The notes beneath the pieces were generated by a model. The model made no database searches. It worked only from the letters and a program-made list of their open reading frames with translations, and was not told the origin of the DNA. Shown here piece by piece: positions 7,427 to 16,967 of a stretch of DNA of 45,338 nt (position 1 is the stretch's first letter; each line of letters starts with the position of its first letter). Position numbers and translations under genes: made by a program. The stretch lies in the NCBI GenBank assembly GCA_025358945.1, contig JANYHS010000282.1:1-45338 (forward strand). Reading direction: 5' to 3'. Source of the stretch: Acidobacteriota bacterium. Lineage in GTDB: Bacteria; Acidobacteriota; Vicinamibacteria; Vicinamibacterales; CAVVIG01.

Positions 7427-9367
7427 TTACGCGGTTACCGGACTCTGCCCTTTGCGCGCGATTTCCTCGCGCGCAGACGCGATGAACGCGTCGACCGAGC
7501 TTGCGCCCTGGTCGCCGCCGGTGCGCGTACGCACCGACACCGCGCCCGTTTCGACCTCGCGGTCGCCGATGACCAGCATGTAGGGGACTTTCTGCAGCTG
7601 GGCCTCCCGGATCTTATATCCAATCTTTTCCTGCCGCTCATCGAGATCGGCCCGGAGGCCGGCCTGCTTGAGCTGCGCCTGCACCTGGGCGGCGTAGGGC
7701 AGGTGACGGTCGGCGATCGGCAGCACGGCCGCCTGAACGGGCGCCAGCCAGAGGGGAAACGCCCCGGTATAGTGCTCGATCAGGATCGCGATGAACCGCT
7801 CGAAGCTGCCGAAAATTGCCCGATGGATGACCACCGGCCGGTGCTCGGCGTTGTCGGCGCCGGTATATTTCAGGTCGAAGCGCTCCGGCGCGTTGTAATC
7901 GAGCTGGATCGTCGCGCACTGCCACTTCCGGCCGATGGCGTCGGTGATGTCGAAGTCGATCTTCGGGCCGTAGAAGGCGCCGTCCCCCTCGTTGACCTCG
8001 TAGGGTTGCTCCGCTTTCTCGAGCGCCGACTTCAGCTGCGCCTCGGCGGAGTCCCACGTGGCGATCTCACCCATGAACTCGGTCGGCCGCGTGGACAGCT
8101 TGGCGATGTACTCCAGGCCAAAGTCGCGGTAGACGCGGCGCACAAGTCCCAGCATGCGCTCGACCTCGTCGCCGATCTGATCCTGCGAGACGAAGCAATG
8201 GCCATCGTCCTGCGAGAACTGGCGGACGCGGGTCAGCCCGGACAGCACGCCGGACGCCTCGTTCCGGTGCAGCGGTGTCTGCTCGTGGTAGCGAAGCGGC
8301 AGCTCGCGGTAGCTGTGCGCGCCACTGGAGTAGAGCAGATAGTGGCCGGGGCAGTTCATCGCCTTCATCCCCATCTGCTCGTTCTCGGACTCGATGAGGA
8401 ACATGTTCTGGCGATAGTGCGCCCAGTGGCCGGAGGTTTCCCACAGCGCCTTGTTGTAGACGAGCGGTGTCTTCACTTCGACGTAGCCGTTGGGGATCAG
8501 CACACCGCGCATGTAGTCGGCGAGCGTGTTGTAGAGCGTCGTGCCCTTCTCCTGCCAGAACGTCGCGCCGGGCGCCCACTGGTGGAAGGTGAAGAGCCCG
8601 AGCTCGCGGCCCAGCTTGCGATGGTCGCGCTTCTTCGCTTCCTCAATCTGGGTGAGGTGCGCCTTCAGATCCTTCTCGGAATTGAACGCCGTGCCGTAGA
8701 CGCGCTGCATCGGCTGGTTGTGCGCGTCGCCCTTCCAGTACGCGTTCGACGTCGTCAGCAGCTTGAACGCCTTCAGCTTGGACGTGGTCGGCACGTGCGG
8801 GCCGACGCAGAAGTCGACGAAGGTGTCCGTGTCCTTGATCGTGTAGACGGAGACGTCCTTCTGGCCTTCGGTCTTCTCGTCAATGAGCTGCACCTTCAGC
8901 GGCTCACCGCGCTTTTCGAAGAACGCCTTCGCCTCGTCGCGCGGCCACAACTGCCGTTCGTAGACGAGATCCTGCGAGACGAACTCCTTCATCTTCGCTT
9001 CGATCGCTTCGAGATCCTCGGGCACGAACGGACGCGGGACGACGAAGTCGTAGAAGAAGCCTTCGTCGGTGGCCGGACCGATGCCGCATTGCACGCCGGG
9101 GAACATGTTCGTGACGGCCGCCGCGAGCAGATGCGCGGTGCTGTGGCGGAACATGCCGAGCGCTTCGGGGCTCCGGTCGGTGACGATCCGGACCGCCGCG
9201 TCCCGGTCGAGCGGAAACGTCAGATCGACGAGCTTGCCGTCGACCACGCCAGCCAGCGCCGCTTTGGCGAGATTTGGAGAGATCTCTTCCGCCACGCCGC
9301 GTACGAGCGTCCCCGTCGGCACACTGCGAACCGAGCCATCCGGAAGGGTGATTGTGACCTGACTCAT
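7427..9367 (-). CDS. thrS: Threonine--tRNA ligase
   Basis: TGS domain, RHSTAH, CVGPH, RDHRKLG, KAMNCP, AFYGPKID, HRAIFGSFERF. Confidence 0.98.
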   Translation of the reverse strand: MSQVTITLPDGSVRSVPTGTLVRGVAEEISPNLAKAALAGVVDGKLVDLTFPLDRDAAVRIVTDRSPEALGMFRHSTAHLLAAAVTNMFPGVQCGIGPATDEGFFYDFVVPRPFVPEDLEAIEAKMKEFVSQDLVYERQLWPRDEAKAFFEKRGEPLKVQLIDEKTEGQKDVSVYTIKDTDTFVDFCVGPHVPTTSKLKAFKLLTTSNAYWKGDAHNQPMQRVYGTAFNSEKDLKAHLTQIEEAKKRDHRKLGRELGLFTFHQWAPGATFWQEKGTTLYNTLADYMRGVLIPNGYVEVKTPLVYNKALWETSGHWAHYRQNMFLIESENEQMGMKAMNCPGHYLLYSSGAHSYRELPLRYHEQTPLHRNEASGVLSGLTRVRQFSQDDGHCFVSQDQIGDEVERMLGLVRRVYRDFGLEYIAKLSTRPTEFMGEIATWDSAEAQLKSALEKAEQPYEVNEGDGAFYGPKIDFDITDAIGRKWQCATIQLDYNAPERFDLKYTGADNAEHRPVVIHRAIFGSFERFIAILIEHYTGAFPLWLAPVQAAVLPIADRHLPYAAQVQAQLKQAGLRADLDERQEKIGYKIREAQLQKVPYMLVIGDREVETGAVSVRTRTGGDQGASSVDAFIASAREEIARKGQSPVTA

Positions 9368-9386
9368 TCGGGGATTGCGAAGAGCG

Positions 9387-9462
9387 TGGTAGGCACGGGT
9401 GGACTCGAACCACCGACCTCCTGCGTGTCAAGCAGGCGCTCTAACCTCTGAGCTACGCGCCT
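9387..9462 (-). tRNA. tRNA-Val(GAC)
   Basis: 76-nt cloverleaf AGGCGCG...CGTGCCT-A-CCA; anticodon arm CCTGC-TT GAC AC-GCAGG; T loop TTCGAGT. Confidence 0.97.
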
Positions 9463-9496
9463 ACATCCTTGAAAATACAGATTTAGACGAACGGTC

Positions 9497-9505
9497 AGTA
9501 TAGCA
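9497..9505 (-). promoter_or_regulatory. Extended -10 upstream of tRNA-Val/thrS operon
   Basis: Minus strand TGcTATACT about 35 nt upstream of the tRNA. Confidence 0.55.
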
Positions 9506-9508
9506 GAA

Positions 9509-10675
9509 TCAGGCGGCTTTCCTGTCGGCAAGCCGTTCGATCGCCTTCTCGAGGATGGGATCTTTTGTCGGGGCCGGCGCGCCGAACTCGATGTCCGGGT
9601 CGTCAACCGCGACGGTCGGCTCGAGGCCTTTTTCATGCAGCGGGTCGCCCTTGGGCGTGAGGTAGCGGGTGGTCGACAGCCACAGACCGGCCCCGTCAGG
9701 CAGCCGGACCAGCTTCTGTGACGCGGCGCGTCCAATCGTGTGCTCGCCAATCAGGTCCGCCCGCTGATTCCCGACCATCGCCGACGCGAAGACCTCGGAC
9801 GCGCCGGACGTTCCAGTATCGACCAGGACGACGGTGGGCAGCGTGATCGAGCCGTCGCCGGATCCCGCGGCAATCGTGTCGCGCGTCCCGCTCTTGGCCT
9901 CGCGGATCGCCAATGTGCCCTTGCCGACAAACAGCCGCGCGATCGCGAGCCCCTCGTCGATCGTGCCGTTCGTCGCGCGGCGCACGTCCACGACCAGCTT
10001 CGAGGCGCCGCCTCTGGTCAACTCGGCCACCTGCGACTTCACCTGCGCGGCCGTGTTCGGGCCGATGACGGCGACGCGGACATAGCCGATGCCCGCCCCC
10101 GCCATGCGCCCGTTGACGACGGAGGCCGGTTCGGTTTCGCGGGTGAGCTCGATGACGTGCGGATCGTTCGCGTTGCCGCGGATGATCGTGATGGTCACTT
10201 TCGTGCCCGGCGCGCCGCGCAGCGTCCGCGTGCCTTCCCACACCGACATGTCGCGCGTCGGCACGTCATTAATCGCGCGGATGTAGTCGCCGGTGTGCAG
10301 GCCGGCCTTGGCGGCGGGCGAGTTGTCGCGCGCCGCGATGACGCGGAGATAGTACTGACGCGTGAGCTCGATGCCGACGCCACCCGGTGCGAGCGCGGCG
10401 CCGCTTTCCACCTGCTTGACCTGCGCAGCCGTCAGGTACGCGCTGTCGGGATCGAGCGCGTCGGCGAGACCGTGCATCGCGCCACGCATCACCCTGTCGA
10501 CGTCGGCGTCCTCGACGTAGTTGCTGGAGATCAGGCTCACCACATCGTCGAAAATCTTGAGGTGCTGGTAGGTGTCTTCACGCGCCATCACGCGGCCGAG
10601 GAACCCGCCGACGATCGCAAAGGCGATCACGGGCGCGGAGATGGACATCACGATTCTGCGCGTGCGAGAACTCAT
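9509..10675 (-). CDS. S41 family C-terminal processing protease (CtpA-like, PDZ)
   Basis: LDPDSAYL, PDZ (SPAAKAGL), TSGASEVFA, GEHTIG, RYLTPKG. Start taken at MSSRTRR. Confidence 0.9.
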   Translation of the reverse strand: MSSRTRRIVMSISAPVIAFAIVGGFLGRVMAREDTYQHLKIFDDVVSLISSNYVEDADVDRVMRGAMHGLADALDPDSAYLTAAQVKQVESGAALAPGGVGIELTRQYYLRVIAARDNSPAAKAGLHTGDYIRAINDVPTRDMSVWEGTRTLRGAPGTKVTITIIRGNANDPHVIELTRETEPASVVNGRMAGAGIGYVRVAVIGPNTAAQVKSQVAELTRGGASKLVVDVRRATNGTIDEGLAIARLFVGKGTLAIREAKSGTRDTIAAGSGDGSITLPTVVLVDTGTSGASEVFASAMVGNQRADLIGEHTIGRAASQKLVRLPDGAGLWLSTTRYLTPKGDPLHEKGLEPTVAVDDPDIEFGAPAPTKDPILEKAIERLADRKAA

Positions 10676-10695
10676 AGCACCTCGGGTCTCCGGGC

Positions 10696-11868
10696 CTAGC
10701 GTTTCTTCAACCATTGTAAGGGATCGACTGGCCGACCGTCGACGCGCAGTTCGAAGTAAATACCCTCGGAGCCCGAGGGTATCGGCCCGACGGCGCCGAC
10801 CGGCTGGCCGTGTTCGACCCGCGCGCCTTTCTTGACGCCAATCTCCAGTAAATCGCCGTACAAGCTGAATGTCTGGGCGCCGTGATCCAGGATGACCAGG
10901 TTCCCGAAGCCCTCGAACGTTCCCGCAAACGCGACCGTGCCGTCGTGGATCGCCAGGGCGTCCGCGCCTTCGGGTGAGGCGATCTCGATGCCGTTCGACG
11001 CGGAGCCGCGGCCGAAGCGGCGCTGGACGCCGCCGCTGACCGGCCATTCGAGCGTGCCGCGAAACGGACGCAGGGGCAGCGCCGCCTCGGTGACCGGAGC
11101 GCCCGTCGCCAGCTCGCGCAACGCGGTTTGCAGTTTCTGCTGCGCCACCTGAAGCTCGCCCGACAACTGGGCGTTCAGATCGCGGCGCTTGTCGATGTCG
11201 CGGATGAGGTCGGCCCGCGCCTGCGCGGCACGCTGGGCGGCGGCCTCGGCCTTGGCGGCGGTGGTGCGCAGTGTGCCGAGCGTCGCGCTGCGCTCTTCGA
11301 GCGTCTTGCGCGCGGTCGTAAGGTCGGCGAGTGTCTGTGCGTGCGTGGCGACGCGGTCGCGATCCAGCTTGGCGAGTGCCGCGACCGTGCGCGTCGACTG
11401 ACCCAGGCGACGCAGATCCGGCGTCGACAGGAGCAGCCGCAGGTACCGCGCCTGACCGAGCTTGTAGATTTCGACGAGCCGCTCGTTCAACTCGGGAAGC
11501 TCGGCGGTTGCCGATTGCTGCAGCGCGCCCATCCGCGCGCTGGTCTGGTCGAGTTCCGTCTGCACCGTGGCCGCGTCGGCATCGACGCGCTTCAACTCCG
11601 CGGCCTTCAGCTCGCGTTCGATCTCGAACTTGCGCAGGTCGCCAAGCAGCGTCCGCTCGTCCGACGCGAGACGATCGGCTTCGCGCTGCAGCGCCTGCAG
11701 CCGCTCGGTCGCGCGCCGCGCCAGCGCTTCGGTCCGCGCGCGCTCGATCGGCAACTGTGCGCTGACCGCGGAGACGAGGAACGCAAAGACCGCGAAGGCC
11801 GCAAAGAAACCCTTTGTGGCTAGCCCCCAGTCCCCAGTCTCCAGTCCCCTAGAAGATCGGCTTGCCAT
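10696..11868 (-). CDS. envC: EnvC-like murein hydrolase activator (coiled coil + degenerate M23)
   Basis: Signal peptide, long coiled coil, WPVSG...NGIEI...GFGNLVILDHG...YFELR...VDP; M23 His ligands are absent. Start uncertain. Confidence 0.8.
   Translation of the reverse strand: MASRSSRGLETGDWGLATKGFFAAFAVFAFLVSAVSAQLPIERARTEALARRATERLQALQREADRLASDERTLLGDLRKFEIERELKAAELKRVDADAATVQTELDQTSARMGALQQSATAELPELNERLVEIYKLGQARYLRLLLSTPDLRRLGQSTRTVAALAKLDRDRVATHAQTLADLTTARKTLEERSATLGTLRTTAAKAEAAAQRAAQARADLIRDIDKRRDLNAQLSGELQVAQQKLQTALRELATGAPVTEAALPLRPFRGTLEWPVSGGVQRRFGRGSASNGIEIASPEGADALAIHDGTVAFAGTFEGFGNLVILDHGAQTFSLYGDLLEIGVKKGARVEHGQPVGAVGPIPSGSEGIYFELRVDGRPVDPLQWLKKR
11782..11852. repeat. Adjacent 9-mer (CGCRAAGRC) and 7-mer (CCCCAGT) arrays at the gene junction
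   Basis: cgcaaagac cgcgaaggc cgcaaagaa, then ccccagt ccccagt ctccagt cccctag. Confidence 0.75.
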
Positions 11869-13912
11869 CGATATCACTGGGTATCGGCACGCCGAAGTAC
11901 TTCAACACCGTCGGCGCGATGTCCATGATGTCCGGGTGCGCGCCGGTGATCGGGCGGCTCGAGATCAGTGTGCCCGACGTCTGCTTGTAGTCGTACGAGC
12001 CGTGATCGCCGGACCACTTCTTCATGTTCGGGTAGACGATGCCGGGAGGGGAGCCGCCGAGCGAGGTCTGCCACGATACGCGATAGCCTTCCGCGAAGCC
12101 GACCTGCAACTCGGACGCGTTCTGGATGAACGGGCCCTTGTAGATGTCGTCACGTTTGTAGACGGCGTCGACCATCCGCACTTTCGTTTTCGGATCGGTC
12201 ATCGTCAGCAGCCGTCCGACGAGCGCGTTCTGCACGGCGCTGCTGTCGGCAGGCGAGACGCTGCCGTGGCCTTCGCGCCCCGTCAGGTTGATGTAGATCT
12301 GGCCAAGGCCCATCGAATACGCCTTCGTGCGCGCCCAGTCCACGTTTTCCCAGAAGGTGCCGCCACCGCCGAACAGATCCTGCAGCGTCTTTTCGCCTGG
12401 CTGCTGACCCTGGATCACCATGAACCCCTCCTGCACGAGCCAGGTGTTCAAGTTCACCGACTGGCGGAAGGAATGGAAGCCGTGATCCGAGACGATCAGG
12501 ATCGGTGTGCTCGGGTCCACGCGCGCCATCACTTCGCCGATGAAGTCGTCGCACTTCCGGTAGACGCGCTCGATCGCGTCGCCGTATTTCGCGGCCAGAG
12601 CCTTGTCGTACATCGGGTGCGTGGGATCGACGAGCCGCCACATCATGTGCTGCACGCGGTCGGTCGACTCGATGACGCCGACCAGCAGATCCCATTGCCT
12701 GGTGTCGATCCGCTGGAGGATCACCTGCGCGCGGTCGTCGAAGGCGCGGTAGAGATCGTCCATGAAGACCTTCTCGTCGATGCGGTCCTCGTTGAGCGGC
12801 CACGTCGCTTCCGCCCAGCCCAGCGTGCGGTACGGTCCGAGCCGTTCGTAGATGTCGGCGGAGAGCCGCGTCGGCGACGACATCGCGGCCGGCGGATTGT
12901 CCGGACGCCAGTTGACCGGCGAGATGTAGAGCTGCAGTTCCTTGCCCGCGCCGATCAGATACAGCTGCGCCATCCCGTGGACGCGGATCAGCAGGTTGAT
13001 GTTGAAGTCGAGGTTGATCCACTTGCTCCACTCTTTTTCGGAGAGGTGAATCGTGCTGTCGCCGATGTTGATCGTCGCGGACTTCCCGCTCCTGTTCCAG
13101 TGCACCGTGACCGGCAGCCGCACGTCTTCGCGCGCCTCGAGTTCGGCCATCTTCATCTTGTCGAGCTCGGACATCGTCGCCGCCGGCACCCTGGCGCGCA
13201 ATTCCCGCAGCTGCTGCTTCACGATCGGGTTCGGCGGACCGGTGAGCTCGGTCTGCGCAACGTCGCCATCGAACACCAGCCGCTTCAGGATGCCGCCGAA
13301 CTCCGTGTTGCCTTCTTCGTAGCGGCTGAGATCCGTTCCGAAGTAATAGAACGTCCCCATCGTCCGGCGGATGTCGGGGAGCGGGAGACCCGAGAGCAAC
13401 TCACCGTTTGGGACGTCCTCCGGCGGAAACGTGACCGGCACCGTCAGCATGCTGGAGCGCACGCCGGCCTTGCCCGCGGTGACCCAGAACGATGTGCCGC
13501 CGCGAATCGACTGGATGACCGGCATCGAGACTGGAAAATAGTTGAGGACGAACTTCGGCGGCTCGAAATGCACCATGCCGAGGTCGGGGAGGTAGGTCGT
13601 CGTGTCGCGGATCAGGAAGTCGTAGATGTTGTGCTTGCCGGCGTTCACCCCGGTCGCAAACGACGCCCACGCGGTCGGCGATTCCGGAGAGTGCGTCGTG
13701 CCGAGCGGCTGGACGCCGCTGCCGCTCGCCGCCAGCTTCTTCATGTTCGGCAGCTTGCCTTCGTCCATCCACTTCTGGACGAGGCGCGGATCCATGCCGT
13801 CGAAGCCGAGGATCACCAGCTTCTGCTGAAACTTCTGCGGCGGTCGGCGCGGCCCGCACGCGGCCACGACGCCAAGAACCGCAACGAGCGAGGCGAACAG
13901 GAGGCGTTTCAC
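11849..13912 (-). CDS. Alkaline-phosphatase-superfamily (nucleotide pyrophosphatase/phosphodiesterase) lipoprotein
   Basis: GTG start VKRLLF...VVAAC lipobox; ILGFDG, SPTAWASFATG, DRVQH, VSDHGF, WSGDH, DIAPT. Confidence 0.85.
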   Translation of the reverse strand: MKRLLFASLVAVLGVVAACGPRRPPQKFQQKLVILGFDGMDPRLVQKWMDEGKLPNMKKLAASGSGVQPLGTTHSPESPTAWASFATGVNAGKHNIYDFLIRDTTTYLPDLGMVHFEPPKFVLNYFPVSMPVIQSIRGGTSFWVTAGKAGVRSSMLTVPVTFPPEDVPNGELLSGLPLPDIRRTMGTFYYFGTDLSRYEEGNTEFGGILKRLVFDGDVAQTELTGPPNPIVKQQLRELRARVPAATMSELDKMKMAELEAREDVRLPVTVHWNRSGKSATINIGDSTIHLSEKEWSKWINLDFNINLLIRVHGMAQLYLIGAGKELQLYISPVNWRPDNPPAAMSSPTRLSADIYERLGPYRTLGWAEATWPLNEDRIDEKVFMDDLYRAFDDRAQVILQRIDTRQWDLLVGVIESTDRVQHMMWRLVDPTHPMYDKALAAKYGDAIERVYRKCDDFIGEVMARVDPSTPILIVSDHGFHSFRQSVNLNTWLVQEGFMVIQGQQPGEKTLQDLFGGGGTFWENVDWARTKAYSMGLGQIYINLTGREGHGSVSPADSSAVQNALVGRLLTMTDPKTKVRMVDAVYKRDDIYKGPFIQNASELQVGFAEGYRVSWQTSLGGSPPGIVYPNMKKWSGDHGSYDYKQTSGTLISSRPITGAHPDIMDIAPTVLKYFGVPIPSDIDGKPIF

Positions 13913-13949
13913 AATGTGTTTGGGAGAGAAGAAACTATACCATCTGGTG

Positions 13950-14381
13950 GTGACAGGACGGGTGCTTGCGGTGGACGTCGGCGGACGGCGCGTGGGCCTG
14001 GCGATCAGCGACGCGTCGCGGACGCTGGCGCGGCCGCTGGAGACGATTGCCGTCACCAATGAAGGGGACGCGGTGAATCGCGTTGCGCGCCGCATCGAGG
14101 AACTCGACACCGAAGACGACCGCATCACGACCATCGTCGTCGGGATGCCGACCGCGCTCGACGGCACGCCGACGCCGCAGACCGCGAAGGTCCAGGCGTT
14201 CATCGCGCGCCTGAAGACGCGGACGTCCGTGCCGATCGCCACCGAAGATGAACGGCTCTCGAGCCGTGAAGCCGAGAGTCGCCTGGCGCTGCGCGAGAAG
14301 GATTGGCGCAAGCGCAAGGAACAACTCGACGCGGCATCCGCGGCCGTCTTCCTCCAGGATTATCTGGATCGCCCACGATGA
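13950..14381 (+). CDS. ruvX: YqgF/RuvX pre-16S rRNA nuclease
   Basis: LAVDVGGRRVGLAISD, VVGMP, DERLSS, LDAASAAVFLQDYLD. Confidence 0.93.
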   Translation: MTGRVLAVDVGGRRVGLAISDASRTLARPLETIAVTNEGDAVNRVARRIEELDTEDDRITTIVVGMPTALDGTPTPQTAKVQAFIARLKTRTSVPIATEDERLSSREAESRLALREKDWRKRKEQLDAASAAVFLQDYLDRPR

Positions 14382-15433
14382 AAAAGCTGCTCGGTTTCCT
14401 GCTTCTGGTAATGGTCGGCGCCGCCGCCGCGGCGGGCCTGCTGTACATGCGGGTCTACGAACCGTATCGGGGATACGCCGAGGCGGAGCAGTTTGTCGAT
14501 CTGCCGCAAGGCATCGGGAGCCTGCCGATCGGCGAGCGGCTGGTTCAGGCCGGCGTGATTCGCGATCTGTCGACCTATCGCGCCGCTCTGTGGATGAGTG
14601 GTCAGGGGCGTCATCTGAAGGCCGGCGACTACCGGTTCGATCGCGCGATGACGCCGTTCGAGATCATCGACAAGATCGCGCGCGGTGAGGTGTTCGTGAT
14701 CACCGTGACGTTCCCGGAAGGATTGACGATCGCCGAGATGGCGAAGATCTTCGAGTCGCACGGCCTCGGGCCCGCTGGGGCGTTCGTGAAGGCGGCGGCC
14801 GATCCGGCAGCGATCCGCACTCTCGATCCGGCCGCGAAGGACCTCGAAGGCTATCTGTTTCCAGAAACCTACGCGCTGCCGCGCCACACCGATGCGGCGA
14901 AGCTGGTGCGCGCGATGGTCGCGCGCTTCGAGAAAGTGTTGACGCCTGAGTTACGACAGGCCGCAACCGCGCGCCGTCTCACCGTGCGGCAAGTGGTGAC
15001 GCTGGCGTCGATTGTCGAAAAAGAAACGGCCAAAGCGGACGAGCGTCCGCGCGTGGCCGCGGTCTACACGACGCGGTTGCGGATTGGCATGCCGCTGCAG
15101 TGCGATCCGACGGTGATCTACGGGCTCGCGAAAGCCGGCCGCTACGACGGCAACATTCACAAGGCCGATCTGTCGTTTGATTCGCCGTACAACACGTATC
15201 GCTATTCCGGCCTGCCGCCCGGGCCGATCGCGTCGCCGGGCCGCGCCTCGCTCGACGCGGCCGTTCACCCGGCCGACGAGAATTTTCTCTATTTTGTGAG
15301 CCGCAACGACGGCTCGCACGCATTCGCCCGCACCCTCGAGGAGCACAACCGCAATGTTCAGAAGTATCAGGTTCAGTACTTCAGAGATCAGAAGGCAGGC
15401 AGGTCGGGTGGGGCAGGCGGGTCGCGTCGGTAG
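14378..15433 (+). CDS. mltG: Endolytic transglycosylase MltG
   Basis: TFPEG, LEGYLFPETY, LASIVEKE, LQCDPTV, SPYNTY..GLPPGPI; ATGA overlap with ruvX. Confidence 0.95.
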   Translation: MKKLLGFLLLVMVGAAAAAGLLYMRVYEPYRGYAEAEQFVDLPQGIGSLPIGERLVQAGVIRDLSTYRAALWMSGQGRHLKAGDYRFDRAMTPFEIIDKIARGEVFVITVTFPEGLTIAEMAKIFESHGLGPAGAFVKAAADPAAIRTLDPAAKDLEGYLFPETYALPRHTDAAKLVRAMVARFEKVLTPELRQAATARRLTVRQVVTLASIVEKETAKADERPRVAAVYTTRLRIGMPLQCDPTVIYGLAKAGRYDGNIHKADLSFDSPYNTYRYSGLPPGPIASPGRASLDAAVHPADENFLYFVSRNDGSHAFARTLEEHNRNVQKYQVQYFRDQKAGRSGGAGGSRR

Positions 15434-16940
15434 CGCGCTCGGCCTGTTCGTGGTGCTGGCGCTGGCGGCGCCCAGCGCGCAGGACACGGCGGTCGCGCGC
15501 GTCCGCGCGTGGCGCGCGCAGCATGAGCCGCAGGTGCTGCGTGAACTGGTCGATCTGGTCGCGATCCCGAACGTCGCCTCCAACGCGGCGGACATCGAGC
15601 GCAACGTCCAGGCACTGACCCGCATGTTCGAGAAACGCCGGTTCCTGCCGGAGACGATCCCGACCGGCGGCGCGCCGCTCGTGGTGGCCGACCGCCGCGT
15701 GCCGAATGCCACCCGCACGATCGCGTTCTATTTTCACTACGACGGCCAGCCGGTTGACGCGCGCGAGTGGACGCATGCACCGCCGTTCTCGCCCGTCATC
15801 GTCACCGACCTGACGCCGGCCGGCCGGACGATGAAGCTGGAAGAGGTGAAGGGCGCCATCGATCCGAGTTGGCGCGTGTTCGGCCGCTCCTCGTCGGACG
15901 ACAAGTCGCCGATCGTCGCATTCCTGGCGGCCGTCGATGCGCTCGACGCGACCGGCATCCCGTTGACCTCGAATATCCGCGTCCTCATGGAAGGCGAGGA
16001 GGAGGCCGGATCGCCGAACCTCGAGGCCGCCGTGCGTGCCCACGCGGATCGCTTCCGCGCCGACGCGCTGATCCTCGTCGACGGTCCGCGACACGCCAGC
16101 GATCGCGTGACGATGAACTTCGGCTCGCGCGGGATGATGGGCGCGACGATCACGGTCTACGGCGCCGCGCGCGACCTGCACAGCGGCAACTACGGCAACT
16201 GGGCGCCAAATCCCGCGCTCGATCTCGCGCGGCTGCTCGCGTCCATGAAACAGGCCGATGGCCGCGTCACCATCGACGGTTTCTACGACGATGTCGTGCC
16301 GCTCACGGCGGCAGAGCGGCAGGCGATCGACGACATCCCGAACGTCGAGTCCGAGTTGATGCAGGCGTATGGTGTGACGCGACGGGAGAACGCGGCGGAG
16401 CGGCTTGAACTGCGCCACAACCAGCCGACCATCAACGTCAACGCCCTCGAGGCGGGCGGTGGCGTCGGCGGACAAGGCCGCACGATCATCCCGGGTTCCG
16501 CGAGCGCGAAGATCGACGTGCGGCTGGTGAAGGCGATCGATCCCGCGAAACAATTCGACCGCATCGTCGCGCACGTGCGCAAGCAGGGATACTTCGTAGT
16601 CAACGCGGAACCGGATGCCGCGACGCGCGCCGCGCACCCGATGCTCGCGCGTGTGACGCGCACGGGCGGCTATCCCGCCGGACGCACGTCAATGGAGACG
16701 CCGCTGGCCGCGTCCGTGGCGAAAGCGCTCGGCGATGCTGCCGGCGGTCAGCTGGTGCGCCTGCCGACCATTGGCGGGAGCACGCCGTTCTACCTGTTCG
16801 CGGATGTGCTCGGCGTGCCGACGTTCGGGCTGTCGATGGTGAACTTCGACAACAACCAGCACGGCTCGAACGAGAACCTGAAGATCAAAAATCTGTGGGA
16901 AGGGATCGACTCAATGGCGGCGCTGCTCACCATGAAGTAG
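15354..16940 (+). CDS. Secreted M20/M25/M40 family metallopeptidase
   Basis: HYDGQP, GRSSSDDK, EGEEEAGS, DLHSGNYG, NQH. Start uncertain (possibly GTG at 15408). Confidence 0.88.
   Translation: MFRSIRFSTSEIRRQAGRVGQAGRVGSALGLFVVLALAAPSAQDTAVARVRAWRAQHEPQVLRELVDLVAIPNVASNAADIERNVQALTRMFEKRRFLPETIPTGGAPLVVADRRVPNATRTIAFYFHYDGQPVDAREWTHAPPFSPVIVTDLTPAGRTMKLEEVKGAIDPSWRVFGRSSSDDKSPIVAFLAAVDALDATGIPLTSNIRVLMEGEEEAGSPNLEAAVRAHADRFRADALILVDGPRHASDRVTMNFGSRGMMGATITVYGAARDLHSGNYGNWAPNPALDLARLLASMKQADGRVTIDGFYDDVVPLTAAERQAIDDIPNVESELMQAYGVTRRENAAERLELRHNQPTINVNALEAGGGVGGQGRTIIPGSASAKIDVRLVKAIDPAKQFDRIVAHVRKQGYFVVNAEPDAATRAAHPMLARVTRTGGYPAGRTSMETPLAASVAKALGDAAGGQLVRLPTIGGSTPFYLFADVLGVPTFGLSMVNFDNNQHGSNENLKIKNLWEGIDSMAALLTMK
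15394..15433. repeat. 9-mer array (GGYMRGGYR type) at the mltG/M20 junction
   Basis: ggcaggcag gtcgggtgg ggcaggcgg gtcgcgtcg gtag; same family as 25117 and 35469. Confidence 0.65.
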
Positions 16941-16961
16941 CGCGAAGGCTTTAGCCGAGCG
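16937..16961 (+). repeat. GTAG-headed REP-like hairpin
   Basis: GTAG CGCGAAGGC TTTA GCCGAGCG; near-identical copy at 38006-38030; contains the M20 stop codon. Confidence 0.75.
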
Positions 16962-16967
16962 TCGCCC

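Noticed and set aside
6704-9451. 915-aa plus-strand ORF antisense to infC/thrS (and similar long antisense ORFs such as 11567-14062 and 578-1801)
   Set aside because: Shadow ORFs expected from high-GC codon bias; they carry no recognisable motifs and lie opposite well-supported genes.
9363-9510. T-box riboswitch or prophage att site near thrS/tRNA-Val
   Set aside because: Only 19 nt separate the tRNA and thrS; no T-box, integrase or duplicated tRNA 3' end is visible.
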